64,000 nucleotides of DNA from an uncultured Acidobacteriota bacterium. Its GTDB lineage: Bacteria; Acidobacteriota; Vicinamibacteria; Vicinamibacterales; 2-12-FULL-66-21. Location of the stretch: positions 124,103 to 188,102 of the forward strand of contig CAVUDT010000007.1 of assembly GCA_963740275.1 (NCBI GenBank), in the 5' to 3' direction. Under the pieces are notes generated by a model. The model saw only the letters and a list, made by a program, of their open reading frames with translations, did not search any database and was not told the origin of the DNA. Both the position numbers and the translations under genes were made by a program. Shown here piece by piece: positions 28,588-39,852 of the stretch. The first letter of the stretch is position 1, and each line of letters starts with the position of its first letter.

Positions 28588-30774
28588 ATGCCGCGACCAA
28601 CCCTGGAGGCGAAGATGTCCCGGCCGAATTGCGGTCCGCTCGTCGGCTCTTTAGTGCTGCTCGGGGTGCTCTCGTCCCCGGCAGCCGCCCAGCAGAGCGG
28701 CAATCGCGCACGCCCCGCGCCGCCGCCACCCAACATCGTGATCATGTATCCGGACAACCTCGGGTATGGCGAGGTGGCAATCTTCGGCGGCAACCGCGGC
28801 GTACCGACGCCGCGCATCGATGCCCTGTCCCGGGAGGGCATGCGGCTGACGAATTTCAACGTCGAGACCTTCTGTACTCCCTCCCGCGCGGCGCTGATGA
28901 CCGGACGCTATGGCGTGCGCAGCGGCACCCTCGGCTACACGCAGCCCTGGTCGGGCATGACGTTGTGGGAGACGACGCTGGCGGAGCTGCTGAAACCGCG
29001 GGGGTATGCCACCGCCCTGTTCGGCAAGTGGCACGTCGGCAATGCCGCCGGCCGGTCGCCGACCGCTCAGGGCTTCGACGAGTGGTACGGCATCCGGGAC
29101 TCGAGCAACGAGTCCCAGGCCAGCACCATGAACGACACGCCCTACATCTGGGAAGGCCGGGCCGGCGAGCCATCGCGGCCGGTGAAGGAGTTCAATCTCG
29201 AGACCCGGCGGACGGTCGACCGTGAGGTCACCGAACGCGGCGTCGATTTCATGACCCGCAACGTCCGGGCGCGCAAGCCGTTCTTCCTCTATCTTCCGTT
29301 CACCCTGATTCATTTCCCGACGCTGGCGCATCATGACTTCGCCGGCACGACCGGTGCCGGTGACATCGGCGACGCAATGGCGGAAATGGACCGGAACGTC
29401 GGCGTGGTGCTGGACGCGATCAAGCGCCTCGGCGTCGCCAACAACACCATCGTCGTCTGGGCGAGCGATGGCGGCGCGGAAGCGCGCCGGCCGTGGCGCG
29501 GTACGGCCGGCCCCTGGCGCGGCTTCTACAACACCGCGATGGAGGGGGGCATCCGTACGCCGTTCATGATCCGCTGGCCGGGCCGGATTCCCGCAGGGCA
29601 GGTCTCCAACGAGATCGTGCACAACACCGATGTGTTCACGACGCTCGCGCACGCCGTCGGCGTCAGCGTGCCGCAGGACCGCGCCATCGATGGCGTCAAT
29701 CAACTGCCCTTCTTTGAAGGCAAGCAGGCCCGGTCGAATCGTGAGAGCTTTCTCTATTTCGCGCCGAACGGACAGGTCCGGGCGGTCAAGTGGGGGGATT
29801 GGAAGCTGCACTACGTCTGGCAGGACGAACCGGGCCGGCCGGTGGAACAGACGATGAAGCTGTTCAACCTGCGGTCGGATCCGAAAGAGGAGACGGACAT
29901 CAAGGATGCCAACCCCTGGGTGCCCATCGCGATCGCCAGGCTGGTCAGCGATTTCTGGGCGACCGTCGACACCTATCCACTGATCCCGGTCGGGACTCCC
30001 GACCCGTATCAGCCGCCGTCCCCGGCGCAGGCGCCGCGCGGAGCGGCCCGGCCGGCCCTCGGCGAGACGGTCACGACCCCTTCCGGGCTGAGCTACGTAT
30101 TCACGAAACATGGGACCGGCGCCAAGCCACAGCCGGGAGACGTGATGGTCATCCACGGCATCGGCCGGTTCCCCGATGGCAAGGAGTTCTGGAACACGCG
30201 CACTGACGAGGCGCCGTACCAGTACACCTTCGGCGTCGACCGCGTGATCCGTGGCTTCGAGGAGGGCATGCGAGAGGTGCGCGACGGCGACCGTATCGTG
30301 ATCACGATGAAGCCGGAGCTCGCCTACGGCGAGAAAGGCAACCGTGATATCCCGCCCAACGCGACACTGGTCTTCGATTACGAGATCCTGGCCGTCGAGC
30401 CTCTGTCGATCGCCAGGCTGGTCAGGGCCGGCATCGAGGCCGGCACGCTCGACACCGTGCTCACGCGCGCGCGCGGACTGTCCAACCTCAGGGAGTACTA
30501 CGTCAGTGCGGCGAGCATCCGCAGTCTCGCCGCCAGCGCGAGCCGCCGGCAGCCCGGTGACGGCGAGAAAGTGCTCACCTTCGGATTGTCCCTGCTGCCG
30601 GACGCCTACTCGCTGCACCAGGCGCTGGCGCGCGACCAGGCTCAGCGTGGCGGGGCGGCCGATGCCATTCGCAGCTACGAGGCCGCGCTGCGGCTGAATC
30701 CGAGAAAAACGGAAGCCGAACGACGGGATTACGACGCGGCAACGAAGGCGCTGGCGGAGCTGAAGGCGCGCTGA
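28588..30774 (+). CDS. Formylglycine-dependent sulfatase fused to FKBP-type PPIase and a TPR-like tail
   Basis: PNIVIMYPDNLGYG; CTPSRAALMTGRY; GKWHVG; IDG; FNLRSDPKE; then TPSGLSY..VIRGFEEG..PELAYGEKG..IPPNATLVFDYE; AIRSYEAALRLNP. Alternative start at 28615. Confidence 0.85.
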   Translation: MPRPTLEAKMSRPNCGPLVGSLVLLGVLSSPAAAQQSGNRARPAPPPPNIVIMYPDNLGYGEVAIFGGNRGVPTPRIDALSREGMRLTNFNVETFCTPSRAALMTGRYGVRSGTLGYTQPWSGMTLWETTLAELLKPRGYATALFGKWHVGNAAGRSPTAQGFDEWYGIRDSSNESQASTMNDTPYIWEGRAGEPSRPVKEFNLETRRTVDREVTERGVDFMTRNVRARKPFFLYLPFTLIHFPTLAHHDFAGTTGAGDIGDAMAEMDRNVGVVLDAIKRLGVANNTIVVWASDGGAEARRPWRGTAGPWRGFYNTAMEGGIRTPFMIRWPGRIPAGQVSNEIVHNTDVFTTLAHAVGVSVPQDRAIDGVNQLPFFEGKQARSNRESFLYFAPNGQVRAVKWGDWKLHYVWQDEPGRPVEQTMKLFNLRSDPKEETDIKDANPWVPIAIARLVSDFWATVDTYPLIPVGTPDPYQPPSPAQAPRGAARPALGETVTTPSGLSYVFTKHGTGAKPQPGDVMVIHGIGRFPDGKEFWNTRTDEAPYQYTFGVDRVIRGFEEGMREVRDGDRIVITMKPELAYGEKGNRDIPPNATLVFDYEILAVEPLSIARLVRAGIEAGTLDTVLTRARGLSNLREYYVSAASIRSLAASASRRQPGDGEKVLTFGLSLLPDAYSLHQALARDQAQRGGAADAIRSYEAALRLNPRKTEAERRDYDAATKALAELKAR

Positions 30775-30789
30775 GAGTCGGTCGTTCCG

Positions 30790-32385
30790 TCATCGCCGGA
30801 CCCGCTCCCCGGTGAGCTCCCAATGCAACAGCGAGACGGGGATCAGGCCGGCGGCGTCGAATTCGTCCATGAACAGGCGGAGGCTGAAGCCGTCGCCGCG
30901 CTCTCGACGCCGGGCGGCGAGCAGGCCTTCGATCTGGATCTTCCCGATCACGTAGCTGGTGCCATAGCCGGGTTGCTGGAGGTAGAGGTGCTGCTCGGCG
31001 CGAACGAGCTGGCCGTCGAGGCGCAGCCAGTCGCGGGGCGTATGCGTGGACGCGAACTCCGCCGCCTGTTCGAGCGTGGCCTGGTTCGCGTGCATGCGGA
31101 GATCGCCGAGCGCCCGCGCGGCGCGCTGCGCGAGCAGGATGTAGATCAGCTCGCGCGATCGCGGCCGGTCGTCGAACATCCCGGCCTGGAGCATCATCTC
31201 CTCCCATCCGGTCGCGTGCCCCTCCGTCCGGGTGACGAAAATGTTGTAGAGCAGCGGCCCGCGGCGAACCGGGCTCGGATGGGGTTCGTGCTGCATCCGG
31301 GCGAGATCGAACCAGTGGTAGCCGTGCGTCCGCATCACCATCGGATCGCGATAGTCCACCTCGGTGAAGAACTCACGCCGGCCGGGATTGAACCGTCCGA
31401 CCCGGGCCCGCAGCGCCGGATCCATGTAGTCGCGCACGGCCATGACGTCGCGGCTGCGAAGGAACTCGATGTACGAGGTGATCGCCGCCTGCATCTGGCG
31501 CTGGTGTTCGTCGGCGTTCGCCAGCGGCGTCTGTGCCGGCAGCTTCGCGTTCCGCTGCTCTTCAAGGGTAAGAAGCGCATGGGCGCGAGCCAGCTCGCGC
31601 TCCATCAGCGTCACCTCGTCGCGCCAGGTGTACGGCACGAGCTGCACGTGCTCGAGGTACCAGTCGTAGTTTTCGACACCGACGCCGGACGGCCCGGTCT
31701 TGCCGGCGGCTTCGGATTCGACCCAGGCGGCGAAACTGTCCGTGGCCTCCTTCGCCTCGCGGGCGGCGGCGACCAGCGACGGGCTGGCGCCGGCGATTCG
31801 CGGCAGCAGCCGTTCGAGCACCGCCGACTGCTCGCGCACGCTCGAGGCGCCATACCGCCAGAGATCGCGACCGGTGCCGATGAGGTTCGTTCGGGCGGCC
31901 TGGAGCAGCGCCGGGATGACGCGCAGACCCCGCTCGAGATCGGTGGCGCGCTCAGGTGTGAGCGGGAACGTGTAGGTCCACAGCTCCACCGCTCCCGAGG
32001 CGTGCGGTCCTTCCCGCGCCGGCTGGTCGCTCTGCCCCTGGAACACCGTGACGTAAAAGGCCGGGTTGTTGGCCCACGGCCGCAGCACGCGGTGATCGAA
32101 GTCGAAGCCGCTCATCTCGGCGCGCACGAGATGCCAGTCCACCTGCTGCGGGATGGCCCAGGCCGCCGGGTCGATCGCTTTCAGCCGGGACCGCCACGCG
32201 TCGAGTTGACCGTGCTGCGCGCTCATGGCTGCCGCTGAATAGTCCGGAACCCCGTTCCTGGCGGCCGGCTCCTGAAAGGCGCGCCATTCCTTGAACAGCG
32301 CCAGCAGATCCTCGTACGTTGCCGGGGCGGGCGACGTCGAAACGAAGGTCAGCGCGATGACGACGGCAAGACGGGTGAGCAGCAT
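30790..32385 (-). CDS. DUF885-family secreted protein
   Basis: Signal peptide; VDWHLVRAEM; RTEGHATGWEE; QPGYGTSYVIGK; F.DEF...G.IPVSL. Confidence 0.75.
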   Translation of the reverse strand: MLLTRLAVVIALTFVSTSPAPATYEDLLALFKEWRAFQEPAARNGVPDYSAAAMSAQHGQLDAWRSRLKAIDPAAWAIPQQVDWHLVRAEMSGFDFDHRVLRPWANNPAFYVTVFQGQSDQPAREGPHASGAVELWTYTFPLTPERATDLERGLRVIPALLQAARTNLIGTGRDLWRYGASSVREQSAVLERLLPRIAGASPSLVAAAREAKEATDSFAAWVESEAAGKTGPSGVGVENYDWYLEHVQLVPYTWRDEVTLMERELARAHALLTLEEQRNAKLPAQTPLANADEHQRQMQAAITSYIEFLRSRDVMAVRDYMDPALRARVGRFNPGRREFFTEVDYRDPMVMRTHGYHWFDLARMQHEPHPSPVRRGPLLYNIFVTRTEGHATGWEEMMLQAGMFDDRPRSRELIYILLAQRAARALGDLRMHANQATLEQAAEFASTHTPRDWLRLDGQLVRAEQHLYLQQPGYGTSYVIGKIQIEGLLAARRRERGDGFSLRLFMDEFDAAGLIPVSLLHWELTGERVRR

Positions 32386-32417
32386 GGAATCCTCGAGATG
32401 AGGATAACCGCGTCAGC

Positions 32418-32963
32418 TCAGAAACAGGTGGTGTTCCCGACCAGATGTGTGAACTTCGCGTCGACCGGCCCGAGGCTGTCGGCGGTCCCCCCTGCGTCCT
32501 GGCTGATGCCTACGCGCCCCGCATCGCACAAGATGCTGGAGACGCCCGACACCGTGATCCTGAGTGTGAAATGAGAACCAGCGGCAGAGACGTGCCCCTT
32601 GAGTGACAGGGAGAAGGGACCCTCGCCAGTGAACTGGCCGGTCCCACTGCCTCTGAGCGTGCCGTCTGCGCCCTGGAACGCGCCGGTTCCACTGGTAACC
32701 GTAAGCCGGAGGTCGGTCTCGCCCTTCCTCTCGTCACCGCTGCCGACGTAGGTGCCGAACAGCGTTCCGCTGCCGGTAGTCAACGTGAACGTCCCGCTCA
32801 GCAGCGGAAATCCCGCGTCCGACCTGATCGATTGCGGGCCGGCATTCGACGCCGGTGCGGCCGGCGCGGGACTGGCCGGCGCCTGACGTTCGCACCCCGC
32901 AGTGGTCAGCATCAGTCCAAATACGACGAGCGACGGCACGACGCAGGTACGGAAGCACGGCAT
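32418..32963 (-). CDS. Hypothetical lipoprotein, Gly/Thr-rich beta protein
   Basis: Lipobox-like TTAGC; VTSGTGAFQGADG motif; SD GAGGTGG. Confidence 0.6.
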   Translation of the reverse strand: MPCFRTCVVPSLVVFGLMLTTAGCERQAPASPAPAAPASNAGPQSIRSDAGFPLLSGTFTLTTGSGTLFGTYVGSGDERKGETDLRLTVTSGTGAFQGADGTLRGSGTGQFTGEGPFSLSLKGHVSAAGSHFTLRITVSGVSSILCDAGRVGISQDAGGTADSLGPVDAKFTHLVGNTTCF

Positions 32964-33049
32964 GGGGAGCCACCTCAGGAGGTCTTTCGGGGCGAGACGC
33001 CGTGGACTTTAAGGATTTGTGGAATGCCCGTCGTATGATCGTGCTTCGC

Positions 33050-35440
33050 GTGGCAGACAAGCGGATCGACAACACACCCAGAGGACGACTGCGCGCCCTG
33101 TACGAACGGCTGACAGGAGCGGCGTCGGTCCTGTCCTCCTCGGACGGCGGCGGCACCGACCGGACGCGCCCGGGCGCCGCCATGCCGTCGCGCATCGGTC
33201 ACTACGCCATCGAGCGCAAGCTCGGCGAAGGCGGGATGGGGGTGGTGTACGCCGCCCGTGACGAACGCCTCGAGCGAAACGTCGCGCTGAAGACCATGTC
33301 GTCAGTCGCCAGGGACGCGACGGCGCGCGAACGGTTCTGGCGGGAAGCGCGCTCGGCGGCCAGCGTCAACCATCCCAACATCTGCCAGATCTACGAGATT
33401 GGCGAGGAGGGGGGCGAGCTGTTCATCGCGATGGAGCTGCTCGAAGGAGAAGTGCTGTCGGACCGGCTGCAACGGGGCCCGCTCGGGCCGCCGGCCGCGC
33501 TGCCAATCGGCCTCGAGATCCTGACCGCGCTCGCGGCGCTCCACGCCCGCGGCATCGTCCATCGGGACCTGAAGCCGTCGAACGTGTTCCTGACCGCGCA
33601 CGGCGTGAAACTGCTCGATTTCGGGCTCGCCCGTCCCGACGTGGACGACGACCTCACCCGGATGGACCTCACCCGGCCCGGGATCATGCTGGGCACGCCG
33701 CGCTACATGGCCCCGGAGCAGGTCAGCGGCGCTCCGGTCGACGCCCGCAGCGATCTGTTTTCCGCCGGCACCATCCTGTTCGAGATGCTGGCCGGCCGGC
33801 CCGCGTTCGCCGGGCGGACGGTTGCCGAAATCCTGCATGCCACCCGGTACGAGCAGCCGCCGGCGCTCACCGGGTCGCCGGCGGTCGCCGCCGTGGATCG
33901 CGTGATCCGCCGGGCGCTGGCCAAGCGACCCGACGACCGGCCGCCCTCGGCCGACGCCATGGCGGTGGAACTTCGAGGGGTCGGCGGGCTCGATGCCGGC
34001 GACACCCCGGCGCTGGCGCACACGCTCACCCGCCTGGTCGTGCTGCCCTTCCGGGTACTGCGGCCCGATCCTGAAACCGACTTCCTCGCCTTCAGCCTGC
34101 CGGACGCGATCTCGACATCGCTTTCGGGCATCAGCTCGCTGGTCGTCCGCTCCAACGCCGTCGCGGCCAGGTTTGCCGGCGAGACACCGGACCTCAAGGG
34201 GCTTGCCGCCGACGCGGACGTCGATCGCGTGGTGATGGGAACGCTGCTGCGTTCCGGCGACCAGTTGCGGGCAACCGCGCAGCTGGTCGAGGCCCCCGGC
34301 GGAACGCTGCTCTCGGCGCAGACGGTCCAGTCGTCGATGGGGGACCTCTTCCGCCTCCAGGACGACATCTCGCGCCGGATCGTCGAGGCACTTTCGCTGC
34401 CGTTGAGCGGTGGACCGTTGCCGACGCCGCAGCCACGGCCCGACGGCCGGGCCTACGAGCTGTACCTGCGGGCCAACGAGCTGGCCCGCGCCTATGACGG
34501 GCTCGCCGCCGCGCGCGACCTCTACCTGCGCTGCGTCGAGCTGGATCCGCAGTTTGCCGCCGCGTGGGCGCGCCTCGGGCGCTGTTACCGGGTGATCGGC
34601 AAGTACATCGACGGCGCGCCGGAGAGCGAGAGCCGCGCCGAGGATGCATTCCGCCGCGCCCTCGCGCTCGAGCCTCACCTCTCGGTGGCCCACAAGTTCT
34701 ACGCGAACCTCGAAGCGGACATCGGCCAGGCGCAGCGGGCGGTCGTGCGCCTGCTCGGCGAAGCCAACCGCCACGGCAACGATGCGGAGCTCTTCGCCGG
34801 GCTCGTGCACGCCTGCCGTTACAGCGGGCTGTACCAACAGTCGATCGCGGCCCACGTCGAGGCGCGCCGGCTGGATCCCAACGTCCCGACCAGCCTGGAT
34901 CAGACGCTGATGATGACCGGCGACATCGACCGGCTGATCGCGCTCGAGCCGCCGGCGGTCCTCGCCGGCGCCGACGACGGAATCCGGGTGATCGGCCTGG
35001 GGCTGGCGGGGCGGCGCGAGGAAGCGAAGCAGCGGCTCGCTGACATGCGCCACGCGTCGCGCCTCCCGATCTTCCACAGCTGGATCGAATACCTGACCGC
35101 GTGGCTCGAGCGGCGGCCGGCCGAGATGCTCGTGCGGATGTCGGCGACCGTCAGCCTCAAGATTCAGGAGGACCCGGAAGCGATATTCCAGCAGGGATGG
35201 CTGCTCTGCGACGTCGGCGAGCACGAGGCCGGCCTCGTGGACCTGCGCCGCGCCGTCCAGAAGGGATATTTCGTCGCCGCCACCCTGGCGGAACGTCCGC
35301 AGTTCGACGCGCTGCGCGGCACACCGGCGTTCCAGGCGCTGCTCGAGGAAGCGCAGGCCGGCCGCGCCCGCGCCCTGGCGGCGTTCCAGGAGGCGGGCGG
35401 CGAACGGCTGCTCGGCGCCCTGACCTCGCAGCCGAGATGA
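33050..35440 (+). CDS. Ser/Thr protein kinase with TolB-N-like and TPR domains
   Basis: GEGGMGVVY; VALK; HRDLKPSNV; DFGLAR; GTPRYMAPE; LVVLPFRVL; AYELYLRA; ELDPQFAAAWARLG. Start is uncertain (33035/33050/33182). Confidence 0.9.
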   Translation: MADKRIDNTPRGRLRALYERLTGAASVLSSSDGGGTDRTRPGAAMPSRIGHYAIERKLGEGGMGVVYAARDERLERNVALKTMSSVARDATARERFWREARSAASVNHPNICQIYEIGEEGGELFIAMELLEGEVLSDRLQRGPLGPPAALPIGLEILTALAALHARGIVHRDLKPSNVFLTAHGVKLLDFGLARPDVDDDLTRMDLTRPGIMLGTPRYMAPEQVSGAPVDARSDLFSAGTILFEMLAGRPAFAGRTVAEILHATRYEQPPALTGSPAVAAVDRVIRRALAKRPDDRPPSADAMAVELRGVGGLDAGDTPALAHTLTRLVVLPFRVLRPDPETDFLAFSLPDAISTSLSGISSLVVRSNAVAARFAGETPDLKGLAADADVDRVVMGTLLRSGDQLRATAQLVEAPGGTLLSAQTVQSSMGDLFRLQDDISRRIVEALSLPLSGGPLPTPQPRPDGRAYELYLRANELARAYDGLAAARDLYLRCVELDPQFAAAWARLGRCYRVIGKYIDGAPESESRAEDAFRRALALEPHLSVAHKFYANLEADIGQAQRAVVRLLGEANRHGNDAELFAGLVHACRYSGLYQQSIAAHVEARRLDPNVPTSLDQTLMMTGDIDRLIALEPPAVLAGADDGIRVIGLGLAGRREEAKQRLADMRHASRLPIFHSWIEYLTAWLERRPAEMLVRMSATVSLKIQEDPEAIFQQGWLLCDVGEHEAGLVDLRRAVQKGYFVAATLAERPQFDALRGTPAFQALLEEAQAGRARALAAFQEAGGERLLGALTSQPR

Positions 35441-35892
35441 AGACGCTCGCCCACCCGGACGACAAGGCGGAGATCTTCGAGCGGTTGCACCGGGTCCGCT
35501 CCGACAGTGTCCGCCGCTGGGGTGTGATGTCGGCGCCGCAGATGATCTGCCACCTCGCCGATGCCAGCCGCATGGCGATCGGCGAGAAGCCGGTCAGCCC
35601 GATTACCGGCTGGCGGTCGGGTCGCCTGGTCAAGTGGGTCGCGCTCTACGCGCCCCTGCCCTGGCCAACAGGGATCCTGACCAGGCCCGAGATCGATCAG
35701 CGGTACGGTGGCACGTGTCCCGGTGATTTCGCCGTGGATCTCGCCGAAGCCGAGCGGCTGCTCGAGATCGTCGCCACTCAAGCCAGTTCCGCGTGGCCGG
35801 CGCATCCGATCTTCGGCCGGATGTCAGCGCGCGACTGGCTGCGCTGGGGCTACCTGCACACCGACCACCACCTGCGGCAGTTCGGGGTCTGA
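35437..35892 (+). CDS. DUF1569 (DinB-superfamily) protein
   Basis: ATGA overlap with the kinase; WGVMSAPQMICHL; HPIFGRMS..W....HTDHHLRQFG. Confidence 0.88.
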   Translation: MKTLAHPDDKAEIFERLHRVRSDSVRRWGVMSAPQMICHLADASRMAIGEKPVSPITGWRSGRLVKWVALYAPLPWPTGILTRPEIDQRYGGTCPGDFAVDLAEAERLLEIVATQASSAWPAHPIFGRMSARDWLRWGYLHTDHHLRQFGV

Positions 35893-35900
35893 CCCGTCGA

Positions 35901-37094
35901 TCAGTTCTTCGGCGCGGCGATCATGCCGCTGCCGATGTCGGCCGGATCGAAGCCAGCCGCGAAGCCGGCCGTGACCCCGGATCCAACCAGCCTGGTCGTC
36001 AGCAGACCGGCGTTGAGCGGCCCCGCTCCCTTCAGCTTCTCGGCCCACAGGGCCGCGACGCCGGCGACGTGAGGAGTCGCCATGCTCGTGCCGCTCATGC
36101 CGGTGAGCCCCCCGCCTGCCTTGGCCGAGGTGATCTCCACGCCGGGCCCGGCCACCATCGCTCCGGTGTTGGAAAACGGCGCCACCACGAATCCGTCCTC
36201 GCCGCGGCCGAGCGCGGCCACCGAGATGACCCCGTCCGACACAGCCGGTGGACTCACCGCGATCTTGAAGTCCGGATTGACGTCGGTGCGGCTCTCGTTG
36301 CCGGCCGCCGCCACGATGATGGTTGGCTTGCCGAACGCCCCCATGGACTTGACCGTTCGCGCCAGCGCTTCGAACAGCAGCACGTTCTGCCGGTAGCCCT
36401 CGAGCGCCCGCGACGTCGCGAGCTCGGCCGGGAACCCGAGTTCGTCCATCAGTTGCTTCTGGAAACCGGGGAAGTCCATCCCGAGCGACATCGACACGAC
36501 GTGGGCCCCCTCGTCCACCGCCCACTGGATGGCGCTGACGATCTGATCGCTGCCTCCGCCGTTCTCGCCCAGCACCTTGCCGATCAAGGCCTTCTTGACG
36601 CCGCGGGCGACGCCGATCCGCATGCCGTCGACGTCGCGGCCGAAGATCGTGCCCGCGCAGTGCGTCCCATGACCGTGCTCATCGTCGTCCGAATCCTCGG
36701 TGAAGTTGCGCCGCACCAGGGTGACGCCGGCAAACGCCTTGTGAGTCGGGTCGATGCCGGTGTCGAGTACCGCGACGACGACGCCGTTGCCGGTGAAGGC
36801 AGACGAGGTCGCACCGACTGCTTCGATACCCCAGTCGACTCCGGCCGCCATGGGTTTGGCCTTGCGCCCCGACTTTGCGCGAACCGGCTTGATGAGCCGC
36901 ATCGGAATTGACGGCGCCACGGCAACGACGTCGCGGTTGCGCGTCACTTTCGAAATGTCGGCGCTGTCGAGCGTATCCACCTCGACCTTCATGCCGGTCG
37001 CCCCGCCGAGCGGACCGGCCGCGGCGCCGGGCCCCCGCGACGTACCTCGACTGGTGCCACCGGTCACGCGCAGGATGATGTGCTTGCTCTTCAT
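35901..37094 (-). CDS. S8 family subtilisin-like serine peptidase (no obvious signal peptide)
   Basis: VAVLDTG; HGHGTHCAG; AAAGN; SGTSMATPHVAG. Confidence 0.92.
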   Translation of the reverse strand: MKSKHIILRVTGGTSRGTSRGPGAAAGPLGGATGMKVEVDTLDSADISKVTRNRDVVAVAPSIPMRLIKPVRAKSGRKAKPMAAGVDWGIEAVGATSSAFTGNGVVVAVLDTGIDPTHKAFAGVTLVRRNFTEDSDDDEHGHGTHCAGTIFGRDVDGMRIGVARGVKKALIGKVLGENGGGSDQIVSAIQWAVDEGAHVVSMSLGMDFPGFQKQLMDELGFPAELATSRALEGYRQNVLLFEALARTVKSMGAFGKPTIIVAAAGNESRTDVNPDFKIAVSPPAVSDGVISVAALGRGEDGFVVAPFSNTGAMVAGPGVEITSAKAGGGLTGMSGTSMATPHVAGVAALWAEKLKGAGPLNAGLLTTRLVGSGVTAGFAAGFDPADIGSGMIAAPKN

Positions 37095-37212
37095 CGCGTA
37101 GCCTCGCAGGTCCTCAACTGGCAGCTCTTAACTGGAATTACACGATCGGTGTCTGGAAGTTGGTACGGCGATCTGGGAGTTGGGCGTTGGTTGTTTTGCG
37201 AGTTGGAAATGC

Positions 37213-39852
37213 CTAGCTGCTCCGCAAGACGATCAGCGGATCGACCCGTGATGCACGCCAGGCCGGCACCAGCGTCGCGACGGCCGCGACCACGGTCAGG
37301 CCACTCGCCACCGCCGCGAGCGTAAGCGGGTCCCACGGGCTGACGCCGTACACCACCTGCTGCAGGAGTCTCGCCGAGGCGAGCGAAGCGACCGCGCCGG
37401 CGACGATGCCGGCGAGGGCGGGCGTCATCCCTTCCATCACGACGAGGCGTACAACGTCCCCGGTGCTGGCCCCGAGCGCGGTGCGGATCCCGATTTCCCG
37501 GCTGCGGCCGCGCACGATGTATGACAGCACGCTGTAGATCCCGACCGACGCGAGCGCGAGCGCGACGGCGGCGAACAGGCCGAGGAGCAGCGCGCTGAAA
37601 CGCTGCGAGGTCAGCGTTTCGTCGAGGACCCCCTGCATCGTCTTGATGTCCTCGACCGGCTGCTCCGGATCGATGGCGCGGACCACGTCGGCCGCCGGCT
37701 TGGCGAGCGTCATCGGCGGGACTGCCGTCCGCAGCACGATGGTCAGCGTGCCCCACGACTGGTCCCGGGTGAACTCGTAGACGCTCGGCGCCGCCGGCTC
37801 CGAGAGCTCGCCCTGCTTCACGTCACCGACGATGCCGATGACCTCCTTGGAGACGGTTCGTGATTCGAGCGGCAGCGTGACCCGCCGGCCGATCGGATCC
37901 GTGTCCCCCCAGAGCAGCTTCGCCGCCGACCGGCTCACCAGCATCACCTCGGCGTCGCTGTCGGCGACATCGCGGCCGCGCACGATCGGGATCTGCATCG
38001 CCTGCAGGTAGCCGCGGGTGATCTTCCGCACCGCGACCGTCGGCTGATCGCGCGGCAACAGCTCCGCCTGCCCTTCGAGGACGATCGGCTGCTGGGAGCC
38101 GCCCAGGATCGGCAGGTCGTCGATCCCTCCAGCCATCTGCACGCCCGGCAGCGCGCGGATCCGCTCGAGCGCGCTGTCGAAGAACGCCAGGAACTTCGCC
38201 GGGGTGTCGTATCGCGTATCGGGTAACGACACGCGCAGGGTCAGCACGTTCTGCGGATTGAACCCGGCGTCGACGTTGCGCAGCGCCATCAGGCTCCGGA
38301 GCATGACCCCGGCGCCCATCAGCAGCACCACCGACAACGCAACCTCGGAGACGATGAGCAGCCGGCGCGTCCGGACGCCGACGGCGCTGTCGTTGCGGCC
38401 ACCTTCCTTGAGCGCATCGTTCAGATCCGCCCGTCCGGCGCGCAATGCCGGCAATGCCCCGGCGAGGATCCCGGTCACGACCGAGGCGGCGAACGCGAAC
38501 AGCAGCACGCCGCCGTCGATCGACACCTCTTCGGCGCGTGGCAGCTGACCGGCCAGCAGCTTCGCGCCGGTGCCGAGCCCGATCCGCGCGAGCAGCAGCC
38601 CGGCCGCCCCGCCGGCGACGGCGAGCACCATCGCCTCGACCAGCAGCTGCTGGAACACGCGGCCCCGTCCCGCTCCCAGCGCGGAGCGAATCGCGATCTC
38701 CTTGCGTCGGGTCAGCGCCCGCGCGAACAACAGGTTCCCGACGTTGGCGCAGGCAATCAACAGGACGAGCGCCACCGCCGCCAGCAGCACGATCAGCGAC
38801 ATCCGGACGTCGCCGACCAGGACTTCGTGCAGCGGAGTCACCGTCGCCCCCCAGCCGGCGTTGTCCTTGGGATATTCGGCTTCGAGCCGCTTCGAGATCT
38901 GCTCCATTTCGGCCCGCGCCTGTTCCGGCGTCACCCCCGGCCGCAGCCGGGCGATCACCTGCGCGTTGTGGTTCTCGCGGACGGCGCGCTGCTTGTCGGT
39001 ATATGCCAGCGGCACCCACAGGTCGGTGCCGGTGATCCCCCAGGCTTCGACCGAGAACCGCGCCGGCATCACCCCGACGACGGTGTAGGACTCGCCGTCG
39101 AGCCGCAGTGCGCGTCCAACGACATCGGGGGCCGCGCCGAAGTGGGTCTTCCAGAATCCGTCGCTCAGCACCACGGCTTTGCCGCGGCCGGGGGCATCCT
39201 CCTCCGGCAAGAGCACACGACCGAGCGCCGGCTGCGAGCCGACCAGCTCGAAGAATCCGGCGCCGACGGCGCCGGCCACCACCTCACGGGCTCCCGGTCC
39301 GCCGGTGAGCACGAAGGGACGGAAGCGGTAGATCGCCATGTCGTCGAACAGTCGTGCGCTGCGCTTCCAGTCGTAGAAGTTCGCCGGTGACACCGAGAAC
39401 GTCGGCATCCCCGGGAACGCATCCTGCGGTGGCACATGGAACAGGCGAACCAGGCGGTCCGGCTGCTCGAACGGCAGCGGCCTTAGCAGCACCGCGTTGA
39501 CGATGCTGAAGATGGCGGTGTTGGCGCCGATCCCCAGCGCGAGAACGCCGATCACCGCCAGGGCGAACGACGGCGTCCGGAGCAGCACGCGGATGGCATA
39601 ACGAAGGTCGGCGGCAAGGGTACGCATGAAGGGGTCTCGTCCAGGATTCTGATGAATTGCGATTGAGGATGCCGGTGGCGATACGAGACAGCGAATCGCC
39701 TGGCGCCAGTACCATGTCCGGGCGCCGCGCGGCGAGGCTGCGGCACGCGAACGGAATTCTTCTTCGAGGTCGCCGAGCACGAAGTCCCGCCATTCGGGCG
39801 CCAGCCTCCGCGCCAGCAGTCGCGCGGCGAGGGACGGGGGGGACGGAATCAT
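37213..39852 (-). CDS. ABC transporter permease, duplicated MacB_PCD/FtsX (ADOP family)
   Basis: DLRYAIRVL; [13 protein letters not shown]; IACANVGNL; [11 protein letters not shown]; [10 protein letters not shown]; ATGA overlap with PadR. Confidence 0.92.
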   Translation of the reverse strand: MIPSPPSLAARLLARRLAPEWRDFVLGDLEEEFRSRAAASPRGARTWYWRQAIRCLVSPPASSIAIHQNPGRDPFMRTLAADLRYAIRVLLRTPSFALAVIGVLALGIGANTAIFSIVNAVLLRPLPFEQPDRLVRLFHVPPQDAFPGMPTFSVSPANFYDWKRSARLFDDMAIYRFRPFVLTGGPGAREVVAGAVGAGFFELVGSQPALGRVLLPEEDAPGRGKAVVLSDGFWKTHFGAAPDVVGRALRLDGESYTVVGVMPARFSVEAWGITGTDLWVPLAYTDKQRAVRENHNAQVIARLRPGVTPEQARAEMEQISKRLEAEYPKDNAGWGATVTPLHEVLVGDVRMSLIVLLAAVALVLLIACANVGNLLFARALTRRKEIAIRSALGAGRGRVFQQLLVEAMVLAVAGGAAGLLLARIGLGTGAKLLAGQLPRAEEVSIDGGVLLFAFAASVVTGILAGALPALRAGRADLNDALKEGGRNDSAVGVRTRRLLIVSEVALSVVLLMGAGVMLRSLMALRNVDAGFNPQNVLTLRVSLPDTRYDTPAKFLAFFDSALERIRALPGVQMAGGIDDLPILGGSQQPIVLEGQAELLPRDQPTVAVRKITRGYLQAMQIPIVRGRDVADSDAEVMLVSRSAAKLLWGDTDPIGRRVTLPLESRTVSKEVIGIVGDVKQGELSEPAAPSVYEFTRDQSWGTLTIVLRTAVPPMTLAKPAADVVRAIDPEQPVEDIKTMQGVLDETLTSQRFSALLLGLFAAVALALASVGIYSVLSYIVRGRSREIGIRTALGASTGDVVRLVVMEGMTPALAGIVAGAVASLASARLLQQVVYGVSPWDPLTLAAVASGLTVVAAVATLVPAWRASRVDPLIVLRSS

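Noticed and set aside
37174-37210. Degenerate TGGGAGT heptamers
   Set aside because: Too short and degenerate to call; at most a relic of the 48040-type repeat.
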